Virus record (IMG/VR): IMGVR_UViG_3300044878_000170
Span: 1-26,724 of that record
Strand: one strand, 5' to 3'
Source: a virus
Taxonomy: Duplodnaviria; Caudoviricetes
DNA: 26,724 bases
The translations under genes were made by a program, and so were the position numbers. The notes under the pieces are model-generated. The model was given only the letters and a program-made list of their open reading frames with translations, did not search any database and was not told the origin of the DNA. Positions 1 to 7,806 of this stretch are shown in pieces (the first letter of the stretch is position 1; every line of letters starts with the position of its first letter).

Positions 1-105
1 TTCTTTGGGGATGCCGAGTTGATGGCCGGCTGCCGTTGGTCCGTATGCTTGGTAGACCTTTAGGGCTTCGGCGCGTTGTGCTTCGGTGTACTTTGCTGCT
101 GGCAC
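1..105 (-). CDS. 5' part of an HTH protein, probable terminase small subunit (runs off the window)
   Basis: Translated by hand from GTG at 105: MPAAKYTEAQRAEALKVYQAYGPTAAGHQLGIPKE. HTH-like, preceded by AAGGCGGTGA, and positioned where the late/packaging operon usually starts. Confidence 0.55.
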   Translation of the reverse strand, partial: MPAAKYTEAQRAEALKVYQAYGPTAAGHQLGIPKE

Positions 106-154
106 AATGCGCTCACCGCCTTATGTGTGATTGTCGAGTCTCAGCCGTTATTGG

Positions 155-1480
155 TTATGCGGCGAGTTCCATGCCGTCGATGAGTGCGACGCCGTTGCGG
201 ATGCGGTAGACGGCGGGCCATGATTCGGTGTCGTTGTAGTAGGCGAGCCCGAACCCTTGCTGCCAGTTCTCCACGATGCGGGCCGCTGTACCGTCAGCAC
301 CGATGGCGCCGTTGACCGAGGGGACGGCCCCATCTACGCGGCAGAGGCATCCGGGGTTGGCCGAGTACGACTCGATAGCCTCACCACGCGGGCCGATGAC
401 GCTGTGATAGGTGATCTCTACCCGGTGCGTGTGCCCTGCCCAGGTGTTGAGGTGCGGGACCTGGTGGACGTATTGGGCGGTGGTACTGCCCTTACTGTTC
501 GCCTTGGTGCCGTGGATGTTGCGGGTGGTGTCGTTGTCCCAGTCGGTCGCGGCGGGGTAGGCGTCCACGTACCGGATGCCCAGCTCATCGAGCCGGAGCA
601 GGGACGGCAGGCTCATGACGGGCCACGACTCGGGCATGTTCGCCCGCTTCAGTCCGAACGCGGCGAGGGCGTTGGCTTCGATGAAGTTCTGCATGCGCTT
701 GTCATGGTTGCCTTCGATGACAATAATCTCGGCATCGGGACACATGGCGCGGAGTGTCGCCAGGAACTTATGCCCGGCGTCGATCGCTTCCTGCGTGGTG
801 CCGGCGAACGCCGCCTCTTGGGCGAACCTGCCCTGTGAGGCGAGGTCAAGGAAGTCGCCGAGGATCTGGATCTTGTCGGGCTGCATCTTGAACGCGGCCC
901 GGGTGAAGACGTCCATGGCCTTGGCGTCGTGGAACGGGTCAAGGGTGCCGTCGGGGAGGCGTCGGAACCCTATCTGCGTGTCAGCACCCTTGAGCGCGAG
1001 CTTCATGCCCCGGACGGGCTTGGGCGGCCGGGCGGCGATGGTCACCTGGACGGGGGCGGCCTGTTGGATGACGGGCCATGCCGGGGCGCCGTCACCCGCC
1101 TCAGTGATCGGGCGGACGTTGTTGAGTTTGTTCCAGAATCCGTTGCCGGTCGCGTTGGATGTCCAGCCCCAGGAGAACGTGACCTTGGACGGGTCCTGCC
1201 CGGTGGAGCGAATGAACGTGCAGTAGTCCTCGAACCCCCAGGGGCGTTTGCTGAACCGGGTGTAGTTCGATGAGCCGTCGGCGTTGTGCGTCTCCGACTC
1301 CCCGGCCTCCACGGTGTCCGGTGTCTCTGTGGCGTAGCAGACGCATTGTTCGGCGCGGTGCCGGCGGATTGTCCGGTCCCCGACCTGGTAGCCGAGGTCT
1401 TCGGCGTGCTGCCGGGACGGGGCCGCCGTGTCGATGCCGGGGAAGCCCGTGATGAGCTGTGCATATTTGCAGACCGCCAC
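155..1480 (-). CDS. Calcineurin-like metallophosphoesterase (Mre11-like nuclease family) with N-terminal extension
   Basis: Motifs ADTQ(IG), LGDFLD, EGNHD, IHG and GHTH in canonical order; SD AAGGGGAA before the GTG. Confidence 0.85.
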   Translation of the reverse strand: MAVCKYAQLITGFPGIDTAAPSRQHAEDLGYQVGDRTIRRHRAEQCVCYATETPDTVEAGESETHNADGSSNYTRFSKRPWGFEDYCTFIRSTGQDPSKVTFSWGWTSNATGNGFWNKLNNVRPITEAGDGAPAWPVIQQAAPVQVTIAARPPKPVRGMKLALKGADTQIGFRRLPDGTLDPFHDAKAMDVFTRAAFKMQPDKIQILGDFLDLASQGRFAQEAAFAGTTQEAIDAGHKFLATLRAMCPDAEIIVIEGNHDKRMQNFIEANALAAFGLKRANMPESWPVMSLPSLLRLDELGIRYVDAYPAATDWDNDTTRNIHGTKANSKGSTTAQYVHQVPHLNTWAGHTHRVEITYHSVIGPRGEAIESYSANPGCLCRVDGAVPSVNGAIGADGTAARIVENWQQGFGLAYYNDTESWPAVYRIRNGVALIDGMELAA

Positions 1481-1489
1481 GGTTCCCCC

Positions 1490-1776
1490 TTACTAGGTTG
1501 GCCTACTCGCTAACCCGCTTTGTACGTCAGTGCGTCACTTGTCCGGGATTGCTTTCGTGCCAGTGAACTGCCGGGGCGTGAACCCGTGCCGCCTGCGCGG
1601 TCAGTCCTTGGTGCCAACCCCCGGAAGTTCTGCAGTCTTCCGGGGGCCGACGGAGGGACGGTCTTGACCCGCCGTCCCGCGGGGAACGAGGAAGCCCGCC
1701 GGCGTGGGGGACACTGGCGGGCTTCAAGTTCGCAGGTGCGCGGGTGGGGTCTCAGCCACTTCTCGCACCATAAGCA
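1490..1776 (-). ncRNA. Putative structured leader/ncRNA upstream of the phosphoesterase-terminase operon
   Basis: Successive stems at 1735-1769, 1691-1725, 1655-1678 and 1613-1651, plus a three-way junction at 1565-1607; no convincing ORF. Confidence 0.45.
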
Positions 1777-1782
1777 ATACCT

Positions 1783-1818
1783 ACGTTACAGGTCTTACCT
1801 AGTGTTGTCTAGTGTTCC
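1783..1818 (-). promoter_or_regulatory. SigA-like promoter TAGACA-N17-TAACGT overlapped by two 10-bp repeat units
   Basis: -35 at 1806-1811, -10 at 1783-1788; units GGAACACTAG (1809-1818) and ACAACACTAG (1799-1808). Confidence 0.6.
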
Positions 1819-2038
1819 CGTGTGTCTCAATTTCCAGCGTGTCGCCGTTCACCAGTTCGCCTACAAGTGTCAGGGGCGGCGGCTTGGCTGTGAACCGTAG
1901 GCTCCGGCTGATCGGGTCATCGGTTCGGGTGAGGTCGAGGTCAGCGGCGTCATACAGCTCCTTCGGCGTAATCGTGACATCACCACCGAGCCGGGCGAGA
2001 AGCGCGGCAATTATGTCTTCCTGCGGGCTCCTGCTCAT
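1799..2038 (-). CDS. Hypothetical protein, 79 aa (MSRSPQEDII...)
   Basis: ATG at 2038 overlaps the upstream stop (ATGA). The ORF-track start at 2368 overlaps another gene and is too long. Confidence 0.7.
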   Translation of the reverse strand: MSRSPQEDIIAALLARLGGDVTITPKELYDAADLDLTRTDDPISRSLRFTAKPPPLTLVGELVNGDTLEIETHGNTRQH

Positions 2039-2823
2039 GCTGCCATCCGTTCGCGCCGTTCGGCGAGGGCTTGTTTTGAGCGGTCCCAGAGGTTGCGGAC
2101 CTTGCGGACCTGGTACACGGGCTTGTCGCCCCGGTATCCGATGGGGGTGAGTTTGCCCCGGTTCACCCATTGCCGGATGGTCCCCTGCGGGAGTGCTTCG
2201 CGGGTGACGGGGTCCGAGAGCATCCGGGACACTTCGGAGGCTGTGCCGGTGTGGTATCCGGCGGCGGTCAGGGCGCGTTCCCGCCAGTCCGTGACGTCCC
2301 AGGTCGCCCCGCACGTCTGGCACCGGGCCACCGGGCGGCCTTCGAGGGCGTAGACGGGGGTGCCGCATTCCTGCCCGCCCTCTTCGGTGGGGCAGATGCC
2401 GGCGAAGATGCGGGGCGCGGCCCGGTCGGTTGCCCGGTCGCAGTCCGTCAACGCCTCCCGGAGTTCCTGCTTCAGCACCGGCGCCCAGTCCCGGCCCCGT
2501 ACCTCGCGGATCTGTTCGAGCAGTACGGCCGCGGCCTTGACCGCGTGGGGTTGCCGGTTGCCGAGGGCGTGGGTCCAGCCGGTGAGGATGACGTTGAGGG
2601 TGCGGCCGGTGTCGTAGGCCCTAGCGTTGGTCGGTTCCGACGGGGCGGAATGCCCGGAGGTCCCGACGCTGCCGTTGCCGACGTTCATCCGGGCCGCGGA
2701 CGCCCAGACGGCCTCGACGGTGGCCTTGACCCTGCCAAGGTCGGCAATGAGGACATCCCGGCATCCCGGGCACAGGTAGATACCGTCCGGCTGGTTATCG
2801 CACGCCCCGCAGCTTGATCCCAT
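2035..2823 (-). CDS. Zn-binding protein with C-terminal HTH, probable late-gene regulator
   Basis: CxxC pairs (CGAC, CPGC, CQTC); C-terminal TASEVSRML...QGTIRQWVNRGKL HTH; last large early gene before the late promoter. Confidence 0.7.
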   Translation of the reverse strand: MGSSCGACDNQPDGIYLCPGCRDVLIADLGRVKATVEAVWASAARMNVGNGSVGTSGHSAPSEPTNARAYDTGRTLNVILTGWTHALGNRQPHAVKAAAVLLEQIREVRGRDWAPVLKQELREALTDCDRATDRAAPRIFAGICPTEEGGQECGTPVYALEGRPVARCQTCGATWDVTDWRERALTAAGYHTGTASEVSRMLSDPVTREALPQGTIRQWVNRGKLTPIGYRGDKPVYQVRKVRNLWDRSKQALAERRERMAA

Positions 2824-2828
2824 GCCCC

Positions 2829-2868
2829 TATCTTAACAGGGAAGTTCCTTACTGTTCCTCACTGTTGG
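2829..2868 (-). promoter_or_regulatory. Promoter/operator: three tandem 10-bp units and -10 TAAGAT
   Basis: Minus strand reads CCAACAGTGA GGAACAGTAA GGAACTTCCC TGT TAAGAT, just upstream of the ATG at 2823. Confidence 0.65.
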
Positions 2869-2876
2869 GCGTGTCG

Positions 2877-3245
2877 CTACAGTGCCCATTCCTCGTCATA
2901 GTCCGGGTGCGAGCTGTAGACCGCGGCGAGGGCCCGGAGCACCGGCGTGGTGGGCGGCTCGACACCGAAGCGCTTGACATACTCGCGCTCGGTCAGCCAC
3001 GCGATCTCCCTCGTCATGCGGTACGTCATGCTTTGGGTATCGTTCGCGTCAAAGTCGCCGGATGGGGCTCGCTCGACAAGCACCGGCCATTCCTCATGCT
3101 GCTTGATGATCGCCCGTTTCGCGGCGCACTCAGCAAGGACGCGGGCAGGAGAGAATAGCGGGTCGGGGCTGCTCGCTAGGTAGGGATAGCGGGCCCTCGC
3201 CTCATCCTCGGCGATGCAGGCTTCCAAAAACTCAACAATCGTCAT
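2877..3245 (-). CDS. DUF6221-like protein
   Basis: MTIVEFLEACIAEDE...RVLAECAAKRAII...LRALAAVYSSHPDY pattern typical of this actinobacterial family. Confidence 0.75.
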   Translation of the reverse strand: MTIVEFLEACIAEDEARARYPYLASSPDPLFSPARVLAECAAKRAIIKQHEEWPVLVERAPSGDFDANDTQSMTYRMTREIAWLTEREYVKRFGVEPPTTPVLRALAAVYSSHPDYDEEWAL

Positions 3246-3400
3246 GCGCTCATCCTTCCAGCTTCACACGCGCACGTGTCGTCTTTGCGGCCGGTCAGCA
3301 TCTGCTTGACCTTCCCGTAATCGAACGAGCCCGACGCCCAGTCGTTCTCCATCACGTACAGGGTTTGCTTGATCCGGCGCTCCGCCTCACACTCAGGCAC
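3242..3400 (-). CDS. Small hypothetical protein, 52 aa (not in ORF track)
   Basis: Translated by hand: MPECEAERRIKQTLYVMENDWASGSFDYGKVKQMLTGRKDDTCACEAGRMSA. GGAG upstream, fills the gap, ATGA overlap with the next gene. Confidence 0.65.
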   Translation of the reverse strand: MPECEAERRIKQTLYVMENDWASGSFDYGKVKQMLTGRKDDTCACEAGRMSA

Positions 3401-3587
3401 GGGGACTCCGCTCTTGGTAGTAGTCCCGCCACTGCGTTAGGCCCATGAGCGCCTTGTCATCTTCGGTGTAGAACGTGATGGCCGCGTTTTCGATAATCTG
3501 CCCGAGGCGCAGGTTAGGGTTCGCCAGCCACAGCTCACCGAGGATGGCGAGGATCTCGGGGATGCGCTTTGGCTCTCGACTGCTCAT
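3393..3587 (-). CDS. Small protein, DUF1040/YihD-like
   Basis: REPKRIPEILAILGELWLANPNLRLGQII motif; coupled to its neighbours. Confidence 0.6.
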   Translation of the reverse strand: MSSREPKRIPEILAILGELWLANPNLRLGQIIENAAITFYTEDDKALMGLTQWRDYYQERSPRA

Positions 3588-3709
3588 CCGTGGTCTTCTC
3601 TTTCGTAGGTGTCGGCGCGTTCCTGGTCGGGGCCGATCCGGTCGGCTTCCTGCGCCCGGGCCTGAGCTTCGCGGAGGGCTTCGTAGTCGGTGCGGACGCT
3701 GCGGCTCAT
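3584..3709 (-). CDS. Small hypothetical protein, 41 aa (not in ORF track)
   Basis: MSRSVRTDYEALREAQARAQEADRIGPDQERADTYEREDHG; ATGA overlaps at both ends; GGGGAGG SD. Confidence 0.65.
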   Translation of the reverse strand: MSRSVRTDYEALREAQARAQEADRIGPDQERADTYEREDHG

Positions 3710-3906
3710 GCTGCCTCCCCGGCGGTGAGTGCGGCGCGTGCCTGCTTCACAGCCTCCCGGGCCTGCCGTGCATGCGCCCAGTCCCCGCCCCCCGCGGCAG
3801 CCGACACGGCGGCAGTGTACGCGTCATCAGCGGCGGCCAGATCCGCGGCGAGCTGGTCCCCGTCCCCGCCGGCCATGCTGATCAGGTGCTCGGTGTAGTC
3901 GCTCAT
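3706..3906 (-). CDS. Hypothetical protein, 66 aa
   Basis: 4-bp overlaps with both neighbours in the operon. Confidence 0.7.
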   Translation of the reverse strand: MSDYTEHLISMAGGDGDQLAADLAAADDAYTAAVSAAAGGGDWAHARQAREAVKQARAALTAGEAA

Positions 3907-4247
3907 GCGGAGGCCTCCGTAATAGTGGCGATGCGGTACTCCCAGTCAATGCCGGCGGTCTTGCAGTCCTCGCTCCACTCGCTGACGAATCCTGTAGCGG
4001 CGATTATGTCGAGGCCGAAGTCCCTGATGAATCCGCCGTCCCGATCCACGACGACGTAGCCGATTATCCGGGGCTTCGTGTAGCCGGCGGTGAGGATCGC
4101 GTCGGCCATAACCTCGTAGTGCTCTACGCGACCTTGGAAATTGTTCGAGTCTTGGAAGTACTCCCAGTCCGCTATCGACGCCTCCCGCGGCTGGTTGCCG
4201 TTGTCGCCGATGAACAGTTCGAGGGCCAGTTCGTCACGGGCGCTCAC
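3903..4247 (-). CDS. Hypothetical protein, 114 aa
   Basis: Normal protein composition; GTGA/ATGA overlaps. Confidence 0.75.
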   Translation of the reverse strand: MSARDELALELFIGDNGNQPREASIADWEYFQDSNNFQGRVEHYEVMADAILTAGYTKPRIIGYVVVDRDGGFIRDFGLDIIAATGFVSEWSEDCKTAGIDWEYRIATITEASA

Positions 4248-4435
4248 GCGGCGTTCCTTGCGGGGGTGTGGTCGCGGATTTCGGCCTGGATGGATTCGTA
4301 CCGGGCGCGGGCCTGGGCGGCTTCGGTGGAGGCTTGGGCGAGGTCCGCGTCGGCGCGTTCCATGGCTACTTTGGCGATGCGGAGCTGGCGGTACAGGACC
4401 GCGGCCTCCAGTTCGGGGGTGGGTACAATGGGCAT
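4244..4435 (-). CDS. Hypothetical coiled-coil protein, 63 aa (MPIVPTPE...)
   Basis: Start placed at ATG 4435 after the GGAAGGA SD; the upstream 70 nt are a hairpin leader. Confidence 0.6.
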   Translation of the reverse strand: MPIVPTPELEAAVLYRQLRIAKVAMERADADLAQASTEAAQARARYESIQAEIRDHTPARNAA

Positions 4436-4505
4436 TGCGGGGTTCCTTCCCGTCATTGCCCCGGACTGTCTTGAACCAGTCGCGGGGCTTCGTCTTTGTT
4501 CCATC

Positions 4506-4533
4506 AGTCTACAGCAAAGTTCCCTAGTGTTCC
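4506..4533 (-). promoter_or_regulatory. Promoter/operator GGAACACTAG GGAACTTTGC TG TAGACT
   Basis: Near-identical to the element at 9283-9310; -10 TAGACT at 4506-4511. Confidence 0.7.
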
Positions 4534-4967
4534 ATAAAGTCGGGGACTTTCTCCGGCGCGTCTAACTCCCGGACGGTCAGGATCAGGGACGCCGCACCCT
4601 TCGGCCCTGGGAACAAAAACGGGCCCTCCACGAACTCGTTCGCATCATCCACGCACATCCCGTGATCGATGAACCCGTCCACAATCGCCTTAGCCGTCGG
4701 GTAAAAGTTCATCGCGTCGTACGTGCCGGCGCGCTCCTTCACGACCAGCCCGGTGATCTCCACCCGCCTAAGCCCCGTCGGCAGGCCAGCTGCCGCGGCC
4801 GCCGTGGCGGCGTTCTCCCGCCATCCCTTCCGGATCGGCGACAATACCCGCCAGTGGTCCCGGTCGTTGGAATTCAGGAACGGTTTCCGCTGGAACACCT
4901 TCCCCGTCTTGCGCTTCACGACCGGCTTCACCACCGGGGCCGGAACCGTCACCACCCACTCCCTCAC
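4524..4967 (-). CDS. rusA: RusA-like Holliday junction resolvase
   Basis: DAMNFYPTAKAIVDGF...VDD matches the RusA D-x-x-N..K...D....DD acidic pattern; directly downstream of DnaB. Confidence 0.7.
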   Translation of the reverse strand: MREWVVTVPAPVVKPVVKRKTGKVFQRKPFLNSNDRDHWRVLSPIRKGWRENAATAAAAAGLPTGLRRVEITGLVVKERAGTYDAMNFYPTAKAIVDGFIDHGMCVDDANEFVEGPFLFPGPKGAASLILTVRELDAPEKVPDFMEH

Positions 4968-6229
4968 GAGTAGAACCCGGCCGGCTTGCCGCGGTCCCGG
5001 AGCATCGAGTTATGCCCCAGGAAGTCCATCTGCGCGGTGCCCGTGATGCCGTGGCGGTTCTTCGCCACGATGAGGTCAGCCTCGTGCGGGGCTTCGAGCA
5101 GGTCGCGGTGCATCAGGATCACGACGTCCGCGTCCTGCTCAATCGCGCCGGAGGACCGGAGGTCGGAGAGCTGGGGGACTTTCCCGTCCCGCTGCGTGGA
5201 TCCTCGGTTGAGCTGAGACAGCACAATCACCGGCACGCCGAGGGCTTTCGCCAGGAGTTTGAGTTTCCGGGAGTGCTCCGTGACGACCTCGTACTCGGAC
5301 TTGCGTTTGTCCGGGTGCTCCATCAGGCCGAGGTAGTCCACGACGACGGCGGACAGCCCATGCTTGCGCTTCACACTCCAGGCGTGCCGGGCGACCTGCG
5401 CCATTGTCGAATCCGAGGACGGGTCAATGAACAGCGGCAGCGTGCCCCAGCGCTCCCGGGCGGCGGCCACCCGCTCCCAGTCGGCGTTCGTGAGTTTGCG
5501 GGCCGTGATCCGGCCCATGTCGACCTTCGCCTCCTGCGACACCATGCGGAGTTCGAGTTCGTCGTGGCTCATTTCCAGCGAGGTGAATGCCACGGGGCCG
5601 CGGTTGCATAGGGACAGTGCGGCCTGGAACCCGGCGACGGTCTTACCCACGGACGGGCGGGCCGCGATGATGTACAGCGCCCCGGGCCGCCAGCCCTGAA
5701 TGAAGTGGTTCACGTTCTCCCACGGCGATTCCGTGTACGTGACAGGTGAATCCAGCGAGTCCAGGGTCGCGTCGATGGTTTCCGCGACGGGCCGGATGCT
5801 CGAACCCAGCCCGGACGTGACGCCGGAGAGCTCCCCGAGGGCTTCGTCCGTGAGGGCTTCAACGTCCCCGCCGCTGGCCGCCCGCTGCTGCAACGTGGAC
5901 GCAATGCCCACGAGCCGCCTGCGGGCCGCCTCCCGCGCCACAATCGCCGCGTGGTGAGGTACTGCCGCTTCCGGCACGAACACGCCCACAAGGTCCCACA
6001 GCAGGCTAATGGGGACCAGCCGGCGCCCGGCCTCATCCAGCCGCAACGCCGCATCACCCACCGTGACCGGGTCCGCGGGCTTCCCCGACTCCACCACATC
6101 CCGGATCAGACCGAACAGCGTCTCGCCCTGCAACGTCGAGAAGTCCCGCGGTTCGAGGCTGATCTCATGCAGGCACCCGCCCGCCGATTCCAGTAGCGCG
6201 GACAGGACCGCCGACTCCGCCGCGATCAC
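4964..6229 (-). CDS. dnaB: DnaB-like replicative helicase
   Basis: Walker A AARPSVGKT, SLEMS, VVVDYLGL, SQLNR, DLRSSGAIEQDAD. Start placed at GTG 6229 (GTGA overlap). Confidence 0.95.
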   Translation of the reverse strand: MIAAESAVLSALLESAGGCLHEISLEPRDFSTLQGETLFGLIRDVVESGKPADPVTVGDAALRLDEAGRRLVPISLLWDLVGVFVPEAAVPHHAAIVAREAARRRLVGIASTLQQRAASGGDVEALTDEALGELSGVTSGLGSSIRPVAETIDATLDSLDSPVTYTESPWENVNHFIQGWRPGALYIIAARPSVGKTVAGFQAALSLCNRGPVAFTSLEMSHDELELRMVSQEAKVDMGRITARKLTNADWERVAAARERWGTLPLFIDPSSDSTMAQVARHAWSVKRKHGLSAVVVDYLGLMEHPDKRKSEYEVVTEHSRKLKLLAKALGVPVIVLSQLNRGSTQRDGKVPQLSDLRSSGAIEQDADVVILMHRDLLEAPHEADLIVAKNRHGITGTAQMDFLGHNSMLRDRGKPAGFYS

Positions 6230-6633
6230 TTGATGGCCTTGGGGGTGCCGAGGGCTTCGAGGATGCCGATCGTGGATGCCTGGTAGCACTCATACGCGGC
6301 GCGGTCCATCCTGCCGTTCCGGATCTCCCCGTACAGGGCCTTGTTTGCGGCGCTGTAATCGCTGCAGGTCTGCTCGTCATGGTCACTGAGCCGGGGCTGG
6401 GCGCCGAACCCGTCCATCCGGGCCCGCTGCGTCAACAGGACCCGCTCCACGATGTGCGCCGGCATGATCCACGCCGTAGACGTGCGGAAGTAATCCGTGA
6501 CCGCCGCAAGGCAGTCCGCGAGCGTGTACGGCTCCACCACCTCGGACCATGCCGAGAGGACAGCCTCGTCCACATTCCGGTTGTCAAAAGCCTGGATCTT
6601 CGCGAGCAGTGCGCTCGTCTCTTCAATACGCAT
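6226..6633 (-). CDS. Probable helicase loader
   Basis: Lies between initiator and DnaB; LLAKIQAFDNRNVD...W...L.DCLAAV..YF pattern seen in phage loader/inhibitor (G39P-like) proteins. Confidence 0.6.
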   Translation of the reverse strand: MRIEETSALLAKIQAFDNRNVDEAVLSAWSEVVEPYTLADCLAAVTDYFRTSTAWIMPAHIVERVLLTQRARMDGFGAQPRLSDHDEQTCSDYSAANKALYGEIRNGRMDRAAYECYQASTIGILEALGTPKAIK

Positions 6634-6638
6634 GGGGG

Positions 6639-7394
6639 TTATCCAATCGCTAGCTGGTCTTGGGTGCCGTCCTGGACTGCTTGGAGCCGGCGGCCGATTT
6701 CAAGGGTGGACTGCATTTTGTTCATGGTGGTGGGCTTGCCCTGCGGTGCGCGGTCGGCGGCGTTCATCATCCAGTTACGCCACGTCGCAACCCAGTCGAG
6801 CTTCACGCCCTTGGCGCCGGCGAGTGCCTGGTAGTAGTTGATGAACTTCGCCGTCTCCCGCTGGCCGTCAACGCTCGGACAGTTCGACCGGGCCCACGCC
6901 ACCATCGCCGGGGCAACGGTGAAGTCGGCGGGGATTCGTGAGCCGCGGCTACGCGGCATAGAAGTACCGTTAGGTACTTCATCTTTATCTTCATCTTTAT
7001 CTGCTACAGGTTTGCTAGCCGTTTGCTTAGCATGTGAGCTAGCACTTGCTAGACCGTTTGCTTTCGCCCTGCCACCCATCGAACCGGCCGCCGCCCGCTT
7101 GTTCCTGCGGATTTCGACCTGTTCGGCAGACTCCTGATGCTCCAAATAGTCGTGCATTTCGTAGCCGTTTTCCGACTCGCCCACGAAGCCTACTGTCAGC
7201 AGTTCTTTTCGGGATTTTGCCGAAAAAAGCTTCAAAAACTGTGCTTTCGTGAGCTTCCCGTCATTGAGGTTCCTTGAGCAGTAGCACCAGGCCTCGATGA
7301 GCTGCCGGAACGCCTTGTCGGAGAGCTCGATCGCCTTGGGGTGTTCGGGGAATCCGTTGTGGAGCTTGAAGAAGAGGCGCGGGTCCGAGGCCAT
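6639..7394 (-). CDS. Phage replication initiator (RepA/lambda O-like), 251 aa
   Basis: Start MASDPRLFFKL at 7394; N-terminal DNA-binding domain, low-complexity linker holding repeats, C-terminal F.NYY...K.DW.ATWRNW domain; upstream of loader and DnaB. Confidence 0.8.
   Translation of the reverse strand: MASDPRLFFKLHNGFPEHPKAIELSDKAFRQLIEAWCYCSRNLNDGKLTKAQFLKLFSAKSRKELLTVGFVGESENGYEMHDYLEHQESAEQVEIRRNKRAAAGSMGGRAKANGLASASSHAKQTASKPVADKDEDKDEVPNGTSMPRSRGSRIPADFTVAPAMVAWARSNCPSVDGQRETAKFINYYQALAGAKGVKLDWVATWRNWMMNAADRAPQGKPTTMNKMQSTLEIGRRLQAVQDGTQDQLAIG
6961..7063. repeat. Putative replication origin inside the initiator gene
   Basis: 8-bp inverted repeat GAAGTACC-GTTA-GGTACTTC (6961-6980), AT-rich tandem CTTCATCTTTAT x2 (6977-7000), then iterated (GT)TTGCT(AG) copies near 7010, 7021, 7046 and 7056. 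Confidence 0.65.
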
Positions 7395-7804
7395 CAGGCG
7401 GCCGCCTTTGCTGTGCGGTAGCCGCGGTGCCGTTCGGTGTGCGCGGCCCGGCAGGGCACACACGTCGGGGTCCCGGCGCGGAGGTGCCGCTGGTAGCCCT
7501 GGGGGGTGCCGCAGCGCCCGGGGCTGAACCGGCCGTCGGGACGTGTTACGGGCTCCTTGGGGTTCGCTGCCCGCCACGCCCGGTGATAGGCGGAGTTCGC
7601 TGCCCGGCACGCGTCACAAATGTCCGTGCCGTAGCGGCGGTGCTGCTTGTAACCGGCATGGGTGCCGCACTTGGACGGGTCGAACACGCGGGGCCGGGCA
7701 ACCGGGGCGCGGACGGGGCGGGGCTTGACGGGGGTCGGGGTGAGCTTGACGGGCGCCGGGGCCGTGTCGCGCAGATCGGGCTTGCCGTTCCATGTGTACG
7801 CCAC
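7394..7804 (-). CDS. Protein with two tandem CGT-x2-GY-x2-H-x7-C-x2-C Zn-binding repeats
   Basis: CGTHAGYKQHRRYGTDICDACRAA and CGTPQGYQRHLRAGTPTCVPCRAA. Confidence 0.75.
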   Translation of the reverse strand: MAYTWNGKPDLRDTAPAPVKLTPTPVKPRPVRAPVARPRVFDPSKCGTHAGYKQHRRYGTDICDACRAANSAYHRAWRAANPKEPVTRPDGRFSPGRCGTPQGYQRHLRAGTPTCVPCRAAHTERHRGYRTAKAAA

Positions 7805-7806
7805 GG

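Noticed and set aside
1565-1607. tRNA or tRNA pseudogene on the minus strand
   Set aside because: Only 43 nt, no anticodon arm, and the loop TTCACGC lacks the conserved A58; kept only as part of the structured leader.
1527-1727. 66-aa ORF in the late leader
   Set aside because: TTG start without a clear SD, Pro/Arg/Gly-rich low-complexity product, coincides with the hairpins; not formally excluded.
2829-2858. GGAAC repeats as ECF sigma (SigE/SigH GGAAC..GTT) promoters
   Set aside because: Only this copy has GTT at roughly the right distance; the others have TANNNT hexamers at variable spacing, occur in tandem and flip orientation.
4964-6229. Intein in DnaB
   Set aside because: Length (421 aa) and motif spacing are those of an uninterrupted helicase.
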